From assembly GCF_009914755.1 (NCBI RefSeq), contig NC_060930.1: DNA of 64,000 nucleotides; one strand, 5' to 3'. Both the position numbers and the translations under genes were made by a program. Each line of letters opens with the position of its first letter. Position 1 is the first letter of the stretch. This DNA is from the human T2T-CHM13v2.0 reference genome, Homo sapiens. A model generated the notes under the pieces. The model saw only the letters and a program-made list of their open reading frames with translations. It was not told where the DNA came from and searched no databases. Shown in pieces: positions 39,590 through 56,574 of the stretch.

Positions 39590-42004
39590 TGATAAGTTTT
39601 TGTTGTGTCCCCACCCAAATCTCATCTTGAAATGTAGTTTCCACAATCCCCACATGTTGTGGGAGGGACCTGGTAGCAGGTAATTGAATCATGGGGGTGG
39701 TTACCTCTATGCTGCTGTTCTTGTGATAGTGAGTTCTCATGAGATTTCATGGTTTTATAGGAGGCTTTTCTCTGTTGGCTCGGCACTTCTTCCTGCCGCC
39801 ATGTGAAGAAAGATGTGTTTGCTTCCCATTCTGCCATGATGGTAAGTTTCCTGAGGCCTCTCCAGGCATGTGGAACTGTGAGTCAATTAAACATGTTTCC
39901 TTTATAAATTACACAGTCTTGGGCATGTGTTTATTAGCAGTATGAGAATGGACTAATACAGTTAAATTGGTACTGGGTAGTGGGGTGCTGCTCTAAATAT
40001 ACTCAAAAATGTGTAAGGTGTAAGCAACTTTGGAACTGGGTGACAGGCAGAGGTTGGAACACTTTGGAGAGCTCAGAAGAAGATAGGAAAATGTGGCAAA
40101 GTTGGGAACTTCCTAGAGACTTGGAGGGCTCAGAAGACACGAAGGTGTGGGAAAGTTTGCAACTTCCTAGAGACTTGTTGAATGGCTTTGACCAAAATGC
40201 TGATAGTGATATGGAAAATGAAGTCCGGGCTGAGATGGTCTCAGATGGAGGTGAGGAATTTGTTGGGAACTGTAATAAAGGTGACACTTGCTATGTTCTA
40301 GCAAAGAGACTGATGGCATTTTGCCTCTGCCCTAGAGATCTGTGGAACTTTGAAATTGAGAGACATGATTTAGGGTATCTGGCAGAAGAAATTTCTAAGC
40401 AGCAAAGCATTCAAGAGATGACTTGGGTCTTGTTAAAAGCATGCAGTTTTACGTATTCACAAAGAGATGGTTTGGAATTGGAACTTATGTTTGAAAGAGA
40501 AGCAGAGCATAAAAGTTCAGAACATTTGCAGCCTGATGCAATAGAAAAAAAATTTTCTGAGGAGAAATTCAACTCAACAGCATAAACTTGTCTAAGTAAT
40601 GGGGAGCCAAATGTTAATCACCAAGACAATGGGGAAAATGTATCCAGGGCCTGTCAGTGGTTTTCATAGAAGCCCTTCCCATCACAAGCCTAGAGGCCTG
40701 AGAAGCAAAATATGGTTTTGTTGAGTGGGCCCAGGGCCTTGCTGCTTTGTGCAGTCTCAGGACTTGGTCCCCTGCATTCCAGCCATGGCTAAAAAGGGCC
40801 AAGGTACAGCTCGGGCCATGTCTTCAGAGAGTGCAAGCCTTGAGCCTTCACAGCTTCCATGTAGTGTTGAGCCTGTGGGTGCAAAGAAGTCTAGAATTTA
40901 GGTTAAGGAACCTCCACCTAGATTTCAGAGGATGTATGGAAATGCCTGGATGTCCAGGCAGAAGTTTGCTACAGGGCTGGAGCCCTCATGGAAAACCTTT
41001 GCTAGGGCAGTGTGGAAGGGAAATGTGGGTTGGAGCCCCCACACAGAGTCCCCACTGGTGCACAGCCTAGTGGAGCTGTGAGAAGAGGGCCACCTTCCTC
41101 CAGGCTCCAGAATGGTAGATCCACTGACAGTTTACACCATGCACCTGGCAAAACCTCAGGGACTCAATGCCAGCCCATGAAGACACCCAGGAGTGGGGTT
41201 GTACCCTGCAAAGCCACAGAGATGGAGCTGCCCAAGGCCATGGGAGCCCACATCTTGCATCAGCATGACTTGGATGTGAGACATGGAGTCAAAGGAGATC
41301 ATTTTGGAGCTTCAATATTTGACTGCCCCACTGGATTTTGGACTTCCATGGTGCCTGTAACCCCTTTACTTTGGCCACTGTCTCCCATTTGGAGTGGGAG
41401 TATTTACCCAATGCCTGTACTTCCATTGTATCTAGGAGGTAAGTAACTTGCTTTTGATTTTACAGGCTGACAGTCAAAAGGGATTTGCCTTGTCTCTGAT
41501 TGGACTTTGGACTTGTACTTTTGGTTTAATGCTAGAATCAGTTAAGACTTTGGGAGACTGTTGGGAAGGCATGATTATGTTTAGCAATATGAAGGCATGA
41601 GATTTGGGAAAGGTCAGGGATGAAATTATATGATTAGGCTTTGTGTCCCCACCCAAATCACATCTTAAATTGTAGCGCCCATAATCCCCACATGTCATGG
41701 GAGGGACCTGGTCAGAGGTAATTGAAATCATGGGGACACATACACCCATGCTGCTGTTCTTGTGATAGTGAGTGAGTTCTCACAAAATATGATGGTTTTA
41801 TAAGGGGCTTCTCCCTCTTTGCTTGGCACTTCTTTTTCCTGCTCCCGCATGAAGAAGGACGTGTTTGCTTCCCTTTCCTCCATAATTATGTTTGCTGAGG
41901 CCTCCCCAGCCATGCAGAACTGTGAGTGAATTAAACTTCCTTCCTTTATAAATTACCCAGGGTCAGGTATGTTTTTACTAGCAGCATGAAAGCAGACTAA
42001 TACA
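39590..42004 (+). mobile_element. Full-length THE1D provirus (LTRs 39590-39960 and 41626-42004)
   Basis: Two LTRs and ~1.66 kb internal region. Flanks gtatg/gtaca fit an ancestral gtacg TSD. ORF 39980-40585 is a remnant of the MaLR internal ORF. Confidence 0.93.
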
Positions 42005-42163
42005 GTACATATGCTACAGGTGTTGATTTTGCACCAATTGGTCAGATTTGGAGACACTACTGCATGTCTGGCATTGTGCTTGGAGGTGTAATACAAAGAT
42101 AAGGATGGCCCTGCTCCTCTGGCTCAATGTGAACATAAATAACTAAATATAAAACAATGTGCA

Positions 42164-45110
<2,947 letters not shown>

Positions 45111-47889
45111 GGTGATTGCATGTTTTCTGCCACCTAATCTTTAGTAAAGCATGAACTGAAGTATGAATTCCCCAACTTCCTCTATTTGTCATAATCTAGG
45201 GATAGGTTAGGGCAGAAAAATATATCATGACTCAAATACAAAAATTCTGGTCCTAAAGTACCTTGACACATTTTCACAAAATCCTTGTTAATTTTTAGAA
45301 CTCTATATCATAAAATCTGCACAGATGTGATGGTCCCCTTGCTGAAGGTGCTTGATCAATGGTAGGAGAAAGGATTTTCAAGAGCAAGCACAGTTAAGAA
45401 GTAAATTTATTTTCTGACTTTTTATAATTTATTAATTTAAGTATCATATACTTACTTGACTTACCTATAAAAAGGTACATAAACAATCACATACTAAAAC
45501 ACCATCTAAGGTCTTTCAAAAGAAGATGAGCAGTTAGTAAAAGGTGCATCATAGAAGTGGGAGATTATTGATATCCCTGAAAACAGTAGGAGGGTCAAAA
45601 TTTATTTCCTATCACCCATACCTGTATTTTCATTGACATTTACACCTAAAAGAATTAGACATTGATTTACATCTTGCTGTTATGTCATCTTACACAATGG
45701 TGATCTCAACATTTAAATTGTATAATGTGTTTTCATTATTGGTGGTATATTTTTCATAAAAAATCTACTTTCTTTAAATAGATGCTTTATAAGGCATTGT
45801 TATTTCTAGGCATTTTCCACTTCTACAAACAAAATAATTTGTAAACATTATCTCTAATTTTATAATATGAGTCTAGAAATTGAGATACTCAATGTACAAC
45901 TTAGAAACAGCTTTTTTTCTAGGCTCAAATCAGTCCCATGTAGAGAAGCACGCATGTGTTAGATGCTTTAGTGGCTTACTCAATTAAATACAACCAATTC
46001 AGCATCTGTGACTCCTCCCTATTGACAGCTTGACTCTAAGATTCCTTGTATCATTGCTTCAGATAACCATCTCTTTCAATAGTCTAAGCATTTGACTTAG
46101 ATTTTAAACATAGGTAATATTTAAGGGTATAGAGCCCTCTTCATTTGCTGTAAATTCTGATCAAACCAAATATAAGTGGGAAGCAGATTAAGAGTAAAGT
46201 CACAAAAAAATCAACTTTTGAATATAACAAGATAAAAGGAATCTCTACCTATTTTTTTAACACCTGCAATTCGGTTATATATTGTTGTATTAGCGTTGAT
46301 AAATTTGAGTACCTGCAGCTCCACATCTGGTTAATTCTAATTTAAATTCCAATAAAGGCATTGGTTCTCTGGTTAAAACACTCCCATAAAATTGGGTGGT
46401 CTTTACATAGTGAATTGTTGCCAGAATCAAGATGGTCCACAACTGTGTACCAGTTGGTCACACAAATAACTTTATATTGCTCCTTATAGAATATGTGCAT
46501 GTCAATTACCGATGCTGCTGTTTTCATATAGATTAAATGAGCTTCAGTACTAATTTCACTGATTTATAAACTGTGACAATTTTATAGCCTACTTTAAGTA
46601 CACTATGCTCATTGGGAAAAGCAGCCTCTATTTAGAACTATGTGACATGTACAAGCTTCTTTGCAAATATTCTTCAGACCATGTGCATCTGTGTGGTATG
46701 CTAAACATGCCAATGATTCATACCTGGAACTGGCTCAGATTAATGTCCATTGAGGGGAAAGAGAGGTCAATGTAAGTAGTAAATAAATAAGGCAGTTTCA
46801 AATGGAAAATACTCACTGAGAAGTGGAAATGCCCAAAATTTCAGTTTCTGGCTACCTATACGGGAGGGCGAATATCTTTTAACTGTGATTTAAGCTTTCG
46901 CTTTGTTGTGTTGTAGTTAATGAATACTTAGTATAAAGTAGCGTGGTGGAAAAGGCCCTGGTGAGGAGACACAAGACTCTTCATTGACTACCCAGAGTGA
47001 CCTTCTTTCCTGGCCACAGTCCGCATCCACCCCACCCCTTTCTGTACCTTATAAACCATCCCACAGCCCTGGGGAGGATGTGTTTCCATGGGCACATGCA
47101 GGTGAGGCTGGGCCTCACCCCTCACTTCCCCTCATGACTGCAGAGAGCTCTGCCGTGGCCAGTCACGGGGGTGATGATGGGCCATCCATCACACATCCAC
47201 ATCGTGGAGCAAGCAGGGATTCTTTCTTGATATGACTGATTTATAACTAAGCAAAGCACTCTCCTGGGTGATGGCATTTATACTAGAATTTTCACAGCTC
47301 CCACAGAAACAGAGATCGTGTCATAAAACTCAGGAGCAAAGGAGATTGTCTGAACAAAGGCGCCATGGGAGAACGATGCACTCCTGGTGCTTAGGCATGC
47401 AGAAAGCATTTTCTTAAGGAGCTCTGCTATAAATTTAAAATACGGCATGTCTGGCAATTTCAATTTTTAACATCCAAGTCCTTAAAGAGAAGCAGGGCCA
47501 GACTCAAGAAAGAGAAGGAAGGTAAATTTTGGATGCAAATGAAGGCCAGCTGCAGTCGTGGGGGGAGGGAAAGCATTAAGATAAATGTGTCTGCAGAAGG
47601 ATTTATAGCAGGTCATTTCAGGTTATTCTCTGATCTGGAAGAACTCTCCACAACAGTACCTGGGAGTGATGTAGATATACTTTGATTGTCAAAGAAGGCT
47701 GGCCTAGTGTTTTCTTTTCAGAAAGGCCAGTTTTACTGTTATCACAAAAACCGCAGATGTCAATTCAGGACAAGGGAAGATACTTGGATTCAGAGCTAAT
47801 CAGTCTAATTATGTATCTGTGGGGTGCTCCGTGGCAAGGGGAGGGGAGGCTGAAAGCACAGCCAAGCTGCTGCTGCCCTGTCCCGGCAG

Positions 47890-47908
47890 CTGCGCCCTCT
47901 GCAGAGAC
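47890..47908 (-). promoter_or_regulatory. Candidate CTCF site
   Basis: GTCTCTGCAGAGGGCGCAG on minus fits the CTCF core (C5, AG9-10, GGGCGC) with a retained CpG. Confidence 0.5.
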
Positions 47909-48599
47909 TCCAGGATGACTTGGCTCAAAGCCTCCTCCTAGGATGTTCCCCTTTGGATCACTGGGCAGTGGGAGCTGTCAGATAAGATTCGGAAACACAA
48001 GAAGCACGATGCTTATCTCCAACAAGGCAAGCCAGGAGGAGGTTTGAAAAATTGATTTGCTGCCCTCTGAGACTCAGTGGAGTGAACCAACAATATAGCA
48101 GACTATTTAGAAATCTGAAAGATAATGTCAGCATATTCTGAGCAAAGATGCCACTAACAACAAAGAAAGCACATTTCTTTCCAACCTCCACTAAGAAACA
48201 AAGTCAAACAAGTCAGATAGAAGCTAGGCCTGTGTTGCTGTTGAAATAATTGGTTATAAATAATATATTATTCAAAGAAATATTCGGTATTATCAACAGT
48301 GACCAAAGTTAAAGTAAATCTTATGAGACCACAATGCATAAAAAATAATCACAACTGGCTAGACACCAGAATGGCTCTTTCACATCCTGTAGGTAGAAAC
48401 AGAATGTTTAAAATGATTAAAATGATTGTACTCCTAGCGGGACAGGCCTTTCAGCAGGGCCTGAGATTATAGCATTCATAGGAATACAAAGGGTGATTCC
48501 ATCCAAGGCAGCTCCAGCTGCCAGCTCACTTCAGGGTGCTGGGGAGATCTGCCCGGGTCTAGACCACTGTCCATCACCACCCATAACAATTAGGCCAGG

Positions 48600-48990
48600 C
48601 TGCTTTTCTCAAAGTTGACCGCAGTGGATGGGCTCAATAGGGACTTAGGAGGTAGAATCAGTAGGACTTGGCTACAGATTGAATGCAGAGGCTGAAGGAT
48701 AGAGAACAGTTAAAATGATGCCCACTTGCTTTCTGGCTTGGGCAATGCAGTAGGAAGTGGTGCCATTCACCAAGGTAAGGAACACAGGAGGAGAAGCCAA
48801 TTGGGAGGGGAGATTACTGGTCATGATGATCATTTTAATTTTGGACATCCTGAGTGTAAAGCACCTCTGGGATATGAAGATGGATGTGATTGGTAAGAAG
48901 TTGAGTTCTATGGTACATTCGACCATGACAAGCTGAAACAGAACAGAGAGTGGTATAGACAAGAGAAGCACAATGCTTTTCCCTAAGGAT
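48600..48990 (-). mobile_element. L2 fragment
   Basis: ggaggtagaatcagtaggacttgg...tttctggcttgggcaa...gtggtgccattcac. Confidence 0.75.
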
Positions 48991-49189
48991 CACAACTGTC
49001 CAGCGTGGGAAACTCTGCCTCACACCCCTTCCTCCCTGGGGAAGCACATCCTCCACTCTTGATTCGCAAGGAAAGGGTCATTTGCTAGTGGAGCCTCTCC
49101 TAAGTGCCCCTTCTCTGTGGAGCGGATCTCTATCTACTTTGTGTCTCGGGAACAAAGATTTTTCCCTGTGACATCTCCTATCTTTCTCT

Positions 49190-49320
49190 TCTCATTTTCC
49201 CCATTTGTACAGAGACTCTTAATAATTGCATCATAGAGTTTTTATGAGCATGAATTGAGATAACATTCATTCAGGACCTCAAACAGTGCTTGGAACATGA
49301 TAAGTCTTAATTTAGCATTT
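49190..49320 (+). mobile_element. MIR fragment
   Basis: tcatagagtttttatgagcatgaattgagataac...aacagtgcttggaacat. Confidence 0.6.
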
Positions 49321-49595
49321 TAAAAATAAAATAGAGTAGCTCCAGCTAACTCTCACTGAGCAGTTATGATTACAGGATTGGTTTAGTAACTTATCCGAGC
49401 TCACAATGCAGAATGGGAAGTTAAAAGGGAACATGCTGTCAAAGGCAACGCGAAGGTTCCTCGGGACATAGATTCATATATGAATGTCCATGGTATTCCT
49501 GTAGCGATGGGGTTGACAGAATTAGTGTATCTTTTTGAAGGAAAATTGCTTTAAAACTTCTAATTTCACCATAAGTATTAAAATATATTTTTATG

Positions 49596-49942
<347 letters not shown>

Positions 49943-50349
49943 TCAAATAGGTAGAGTTATTACATAATAAATCTTAGATTTAAAGAAAAAAACAGCAAAA
50001 TACCATACTTATAATCTTGCCAACAGTGGTTAGTTAAGACGTCAGGGGAAAGATGAATATTTTACTGATCATTTCTCGTAGAAATTATGTTGGGGATTTG
50101 CAAGTATTTTAAGAAATGGGAAAACAATCTTCCTCTTGGCATTTTAGGGAATATTACTTTGGTAGAAGTTATCTTAATTCTCAGAATAGATATCTAATAG
50201 AAAGACCAAGGCTTCCTGTAGCAATCACCAATCAAGTTTAAAGTAAACCCTACCACCATTTTTGATATTATTTTGGAAAATGTAGATAATATAATATTAA
50301 CAAGAAAGTTACAAATTAAGATTTAGTTGCATGTAGAAAAAACCAACAT

Positions 50350-51400
50350 CCTTGACTTTTTTATATTGTACGATTTGTTTTATATTCATCTCATCTTAAA
50401 ACTGGAGGTATGTTGTATTTTTGTATAACATATATACTCTATTAATTATTTTTCAGAAAATTAGATTATTCTTTCTCTGTATCTATAAACTATGAGACCT
50501 CTTTTGGTTTTGTTATAGATCCCTCAAATGCATTTTAAATGGCTATTTTCAGTTCATCATAAGAACAAAATCATTTCAGCAATATCACAATATTACAATG
50601 TTTTATTGTTTCTATTTTGTAAAAGTTTTAAAGAAAATCATCATGAACTGAAGTGTAGCAAAATACTAGCACAGATTTTAATATTTCCTCATGATAAATT
50701 TCAAGATTTGTTATTCTTTTAAAATACATTTGGTATTCTTTCAATTTTGACTTATTACTTTAATAAATTAAAAGATTTTGATAAATATTATCAATTGTTC
50801 CACAAAAAATGTAATATGTACCATTCACCACCTGCCCCTGGCACTCTAAAACTATGACTTTTTTATATACTTGATATTATCATTAAAAATATTTTGGTAA
50901 ATGGTAAATTAAAATTTTAATCCCTGTTTTCAAAGTTATCAACATGGTTAAATATTTTCATGTATTTTTGATCATTATAACATTTATTTTGTATTATAGG
51001 TTTGTGCCTCTGTCTTTTCCCATTAAAAAGATTATATATTTAGTATTGAATTTATATTTATGTATATTACTCCATATGTAAATTACGTTAAAATAATTTT
51101 TGACAATTTGCATTTTCTTTTACATTTTTATTCATTTTAACTGTACAGAACTTTAGTTTTTATGACATTTAGTTTTTCAAGTTCTCCTTGATCAGCTTTT
51201 CAATGTCTTTATGCTACAAAATGACTTTTCATTCTTTTACATTTTCACCTTTTATATTTAACTCTTTAATTTAGTTATACTTTATTTTTACATCAAATAA
51301 ATGATAGAGTTCTTATTTTATCCATCATGAAATAAACAGTTGTTTCAGAAATACTTATTAGATCATGCAGCTTTTCTCTAGACATCTGAAAGATGACATG
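50350..51400 (-). mobile_element. Ancient L1ME-like relic
   Basis: T-rich diverged antisense L1 3' region. Confidence 0.5.
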
Positions 51401-51834
51401 TAGGTACAGATTTTTACAACCTTTTTTTGTTACACCAAAATAAATGGAACAGAAATAAAAATAAAAGTAAAATTATGAACTGTATACCATTAATGCTGAT
51501 GTTTGTTGATTGGCATTATTGCCTACTGGATCATCTGTGGTTTCTCCCTTCCTTATCCTCCATGCTGTTCCATCATCAAATCAAATCCGTGACTTTCTAC
51601 CTTTAAAAAGGCTCTGAAATCTGTCTACTGTTCGTCTATTTCTAACACTCTCATTCACCATGATTTCTCCCCGACCAACTTCAACTGCTGTCACTCGCTT
51701 CCTGTCTTGTCAATTTTGACTATATTACATTTTTACTAAGTGTAGCTTCTGTGCTGTGTTTTTGTAATGCATTTCCAACATCATGGTTTGCAGATATAAA
51801 TTTTTCCAAGAATACCTGAATATTATATTTTTTA

Positions 51835-52512
51835 AAAATGCTATTATTAAAAAGTCAGAAAACAACACATGTTGGCAACGTTGTGGAAAAAGACTTACAG
51901 ACTGCTAGTAGAAATGTAAATTAGTTCAGCCACTATGAAAAGTAGTTAGGAGATTTCTCAAAGAACTTAAAACTACAATTCAATCCAGCAATCCCATTAC
52001 TGGTTATATACTCAAATGAATATAAGTTGTTCTACCATAAAGACACATACATTCATATGTTTATTGCAGCACTATTTGCAATAGCAAAGACATGTAATCA
52101 GCCTAGGTGCCCATCAGTGGTGGATTTGATAAAGAAAATGTGGTACATATATATGATGGAATACTATGCAACCATAAAAAATGAAATCATGTCCTTGGCA
52201 GCAGCATGAATACATTATCTTATGTAAATTAAATAGCAACAGAAAATCCAATACTGTATGTTCTCACTTATAAGTGGGAGCTAAACATTGAGTACACATG
52301 GACATAAAGAGGGGAACAATAGACACCAGAATCTACTTGAGAGTGGAGAGTGGGAAGAGGGTGAGGTCCAGAAACTAATTATCAGGTACTATGCTCACTA
52401 CCTGGGTGACAAAATCATTTGTATACCAACTCCCAGTGACACATAATTTATCCACGTAACAAACCTGTACATGCACCCCCCTGAATCTAAAATAAATGTC
52501 GAAATAGAAAAA
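51835..52512 (+). mobile_element. L1PA15/16-like 3' end
   Basis: ORF2 C-terminus (KDTYIHMFIAALFAIAKTCNQPRCPS), 3'UTR gtactatgctcactacctgggtgac, A-rich tail. Confidence 0.85.
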
Positions 52513-52964
52513 ATATTTCTACCAAGTTCTATTTGTCCTAGACAAATAGAGTGTTTGCTATTTTCAACGTCGCCACTTCCAGCAGCAAAGAATAGGGCCA
52601 GTTCATCCTGAGTCTTTCTGGAGGGCAAAGACATCCCTACTTCTCTCTTTTCAGATGGTGATGACTGGTGAAGACCCTCCCATCTGCCATTTGACCTTCC
52701 TTGATGCTTTCTTCCTCCTTCCCCTGCCTTTCTCTTCCTGTTTCTAATTCTCAGCCAGATGATATTATTGTCTCAGGGAGCAGTCACTACAGAAGATATA
52801 GAAGAAATGGGATTGATTTATAAAACTTTTAGTAATATAAGCAGATAGATGAATATTTTTGTAAAAACTTAAATAAGGTTTAGACTATGTTAAGCCAAAT
52901 AAATTCCATAGTTAAAATGTCTAGAGTTCAATAATTCTTACATTTTTTAAATGTAAGGCCATAA

Positions 52965-53293
<329 letters not shown>

Positions 53294-53837
53294 AAGAATG
53301 GTTTATTTTAAGATGAAAAATGTTTTAACTTTAAAGTATATCTTCCACATTTAATCAAAGCCGAATCACTCTAAATTCAATGTATTATGTAATTAATCTT
53401 GAAATGTTTTCATTTGTAAAGTAAATGCAATTTGTCATCAAATGTGAATAATATTAGTAGCAGCCTTTTAGTTACACGTTTTCCAGGTAATAATTCTGAA
53501 TAAGTGCCAGTGAATTTGTACCGTTTTTGTCATCTGTTTCTATATCGATGTGTGTATGGTGGTACCATAGAGTTTGAGTGATGCCACTGTAAATGCATAC
53601 ATTTCCTTTGGGACATGTTAGAAGGAAGAATAGCAAAGAGCTAAATAACTCTAGAGAAAATAGAAAATGGACAGCTGAACACCACATACACACTGCAGAG
53701 GAAAATGGCAACTTGAATGTAATTTGAGAAAGAAAAATTAAGAAAATTTAAGAAAAACAAAAGGGCAGGACAGTAGATCATAAAATTCAATATTGTGTTT
53801 TGGTAACTTAACAAAATAATTTGGAAATGTATTTTAA

Positions 53838-54424
53838 TCCTGTTTAGAAAAAAAGAGTGCAGCTCGCTGCCAGCACTCATGCATTAGGTGGGTGCAAAAG
53901 TATTTGTGGTTTTTACATTACTTTTAGTGGCAAATACCACAATTACTTTTGCTCCAACCTAATAGTTTTACATAAACACGCTCTTTGAGGTTGAAGCACG
54001 TCTGATTGATTTTCAATGTGAAAATAAAATATAAAAATTGCTCTTGGAGTTATTTCTAAACAGAACTAACATCAGAATCATCTGAATCAGCAGAATCATC
54101 TATTTCACAAAAATCGAATTCAAACGAATCTTCAGCCAACAACTGTTCAAGAACACTGTCAACATACGCATAGGAATGCTATGTTTTCTAGAATTTGACA
54201 TTTTCAGCAATCAAGAATTACTATATTTTGTAAATGGAAATACTACTACTGAAAACAGAATGCTATAAATAGAATAATGTCTTTTTTTTCCCTCAAAGTC
54301 AATATACCACAGCGATGCAAAAACAATAATAAAAGTGAGCTATTTTGCAGCAAAGTTATCTTGGGGTAAATGCTGAAGCCACAAGCACTGCCAGGGAGTA
54401 TTCTCAGGGCCAATGGGAAAAAGG
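53838..54424 (-). mobile_element. MER75 (piggyBac non-autonomous element)
   Basis: TTAA at both ends (53834-53837, 54425-54428); MER75 internal sequence including transposase start MSNSRKHSIPMR at 54201. Confidence 0.9.
53884..53962. mobile_element. MADE1 nested in MER75
   Basis: ttaggtgggtgcaaaagt...acttttgctccaacctaa, flanked by CA/TA. Confidence 0.92.
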
Positions 54425-54499
54425 TTAAATAGTAAAATAGGGAAATTATGAAAAACAGAGAAATGAAGAAAAATTTGCCTTATGGTATTAAAGTGTATT

Positions 54500-55070
54500 T
54501 TAATACTATAATGGCTTTCTAATGGTTTATTCTTTTTCTATTATTCGAATTCTTGGATTCTCTTTTTTTCATACATTTTTCCTCAAATATTTATTGATTT
54601 CTGGTTGTGCACACATCTATGTGATCAGGGCTTTCCTCACTTCGTGGTAAGCAATGTTTCTGATGATCATATCCACCCTGGCTCCAGTGATTGGGATTTG
54701 GGAGTGGGTGTGTAGATGCTGCCTCAGTGGGCAGTTTCTGAATATGGGGACCCCTTGCATGGGCAGCCACCAAGGATATGCACCACTGTCTCTGGGCTTC
54801 CTGCCCAAATGCCCACACTCACTGCTCAGATCCAGGGCCTAGGGCCTCATGCAATTTGTTTCTGTTGCTTGACCCAGGCCAGGGGAAAGGATTCAGGGAA
54901 AAGGGTAAAGGTTGAGTATCTCATTTTCTTAGCTTGATTTTGATGTGGTTCTCTGAACTCAGAACAACCCAGAACTGTTCACTGTTGATATTTTGAGCTC
55001 TGTTCTTTTTTCTGTCAATCCATACACTTGAGCTCCTGTATTACAAGAATTTCTCAGAGTTTCTGATTCA
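54500..55070 (-). mobile_element. Ancient L1M/HAL1-like 5' region relic
   Basis: T-rich diverged sequence resembling antisense old L1 5'/ORF1 region. Confidence 0.35.
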
Positions 55071-55074
55071 TTGA

Positions 55075-56073
55075 TGTAGCAGTTTCCCAAGGTTGCAGTA
55101 AGAAATCATTAAGAACTCTGTGGCTTAAAACAACAGAAATTTATTTCCTCACAATTCTGGAGGCCAGAAGTCTAAAATCAGGTTCATGGAGCCAAAACAA
55201 GGTGTCATTGGGGCCATGCTCCCTCTAGAGCAGGGGTCCCCAACTGTTACTGGTCCATAGGCTGTTAGGAACTGGGCGGCACAGCAGGAGGTGAGCTGCA
55301 GGCAAGAAAGTGAAGCTTCATCTGTACTGACAGCCACTCCCCATCACTTGCATTATCGCCTAAGCTCTGCCTCCTCTTGGATCAGCCACAGCATTAGATT
55401 CTAATAGGAATGCAAACTCCATTGTGAACAATGCATGCGAGGGATCTAGGTTGCACGCTCCTTATGAGAATCTAATGCCTGATGATCTGTCACTGTCTCC
55501 CATCACCCCCAAATGGGACCGTCTAGTGCAGGAAAACAAACTCAGGGCTCCCACTGATTCTACATAATGGTGAGCTGTATAATTATTTCATTATATATTA
55601 CAGTGTAATAATAATAGAAAAATAAAGTGCACAATCAATGTAATGCACTTGAATCATCCCCAAAACCATCCCCCTCCCCCAGTCCGTGGAAGAATTGTCT
55701 TCCATGAAACCAAAACAGGTCCTTGGTGCCAAAAAGTTTGGGGACCACTGCTCTAGAGGCTCTAGGGGAAGGCCCTTCCTTGCCTCTTCCATCTTCCGGT
55801 GGCTGTAGGCATTCCTTGAACTATTGGATGCATCACTCCAATCTCCACCTGTGTCTTCACATGAACTTCTCTTTGTGTGTCTGTCCAATCTACCTCCACC
55901 AGCCTCATGTAAGTACGTTGAGATTACATTTAGGGCATACCCATATATTCCAGAATAATCTCATCTCAAGACCCATAATTTATGCACATTTACAAAAACC
56001 ATGTAAGGTATTATCTACAGGTTGCAAGGATGAGAATCTGATGCCTTTGGGAGGCACCATTCAGCACACCATA
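55075..56073 (-). mobile_element. MLT1C-like LTR interrupted by MER1A
   Basis: ggcttaaaacaacagaaatttatt...gggccatgctccctct[insert]aggctctaggggaagg...caccattcagcacaccata. Confidence 0.85.
55231..55750. mobile_element. MER1A (hAT-Charlie)
   Basis: TIRs caggggtccccaa / ttggggaccactg, 520 bp, perfect 8-bp TSD ctctagag. Confidence 0.93.
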
Positions 56074-56471
56074 GCTAATGATTCTCTTTTTGGGTTTTTC
56101 AATTTTCTTGTGAATTTCTTTTTCCTTTCTCCCTTTGATTTTTACATTACTTACTAGGATTAATAAGAAAATATGTATTTTATATTAAATACATATTTTA
56201 TTAAAGATAATCATAAATCATATATATGTATTATTTCTTTATGCATATATTTCATCTGCCATCTTACCTAATCCTGTAATATAAAACACAATAATTAAAT
56301 CTGTATACTGTAGAAACTTTAATGAAAATATATATCCATAAATCAGAGTAGTGAAAACTCTGAAAAACACAGAAATACACTCAAGCATATGTAGGAATCT
56401 TGTAATATGATATGAAAAAAATTCAAATAAGTATGGAAATGATGAATTATATTTATGACATGTGTTGTGGC

Positions 56472-56574
56472 AATTGGCAAGCTATTTGGAGACAACAGGG
56501 AAATTGTACTTTTTCTTTTCTTTTCTTTCTTTCTTAATTGGCAAGCTATTTGGAGACAACAGGGAAATTGTACT
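56472..56574. repeat. Perfect 39-bp direct repeat (64-bp period) beside a (TTTC/TTCC)n tract running to ~56655
   Basis: aattggcaagctatttggagacaacagggaaattgtact at 56472-56510 and 56536-56574. Confidence 0.95.

Noticed and set aside
39980-41446. ORFs of 201, 107 and 144 aa (also 34410-35182)
   Set aside because: All lie within THE1D/MSTB internal regions; broken remnants of the MaLR ORF.
47533-47540. Octamer ATGCAAAT (also near 6239)
   Set aside because: Isolated 8-mers are expected by chance in 64 kb of AT-rich DNA.
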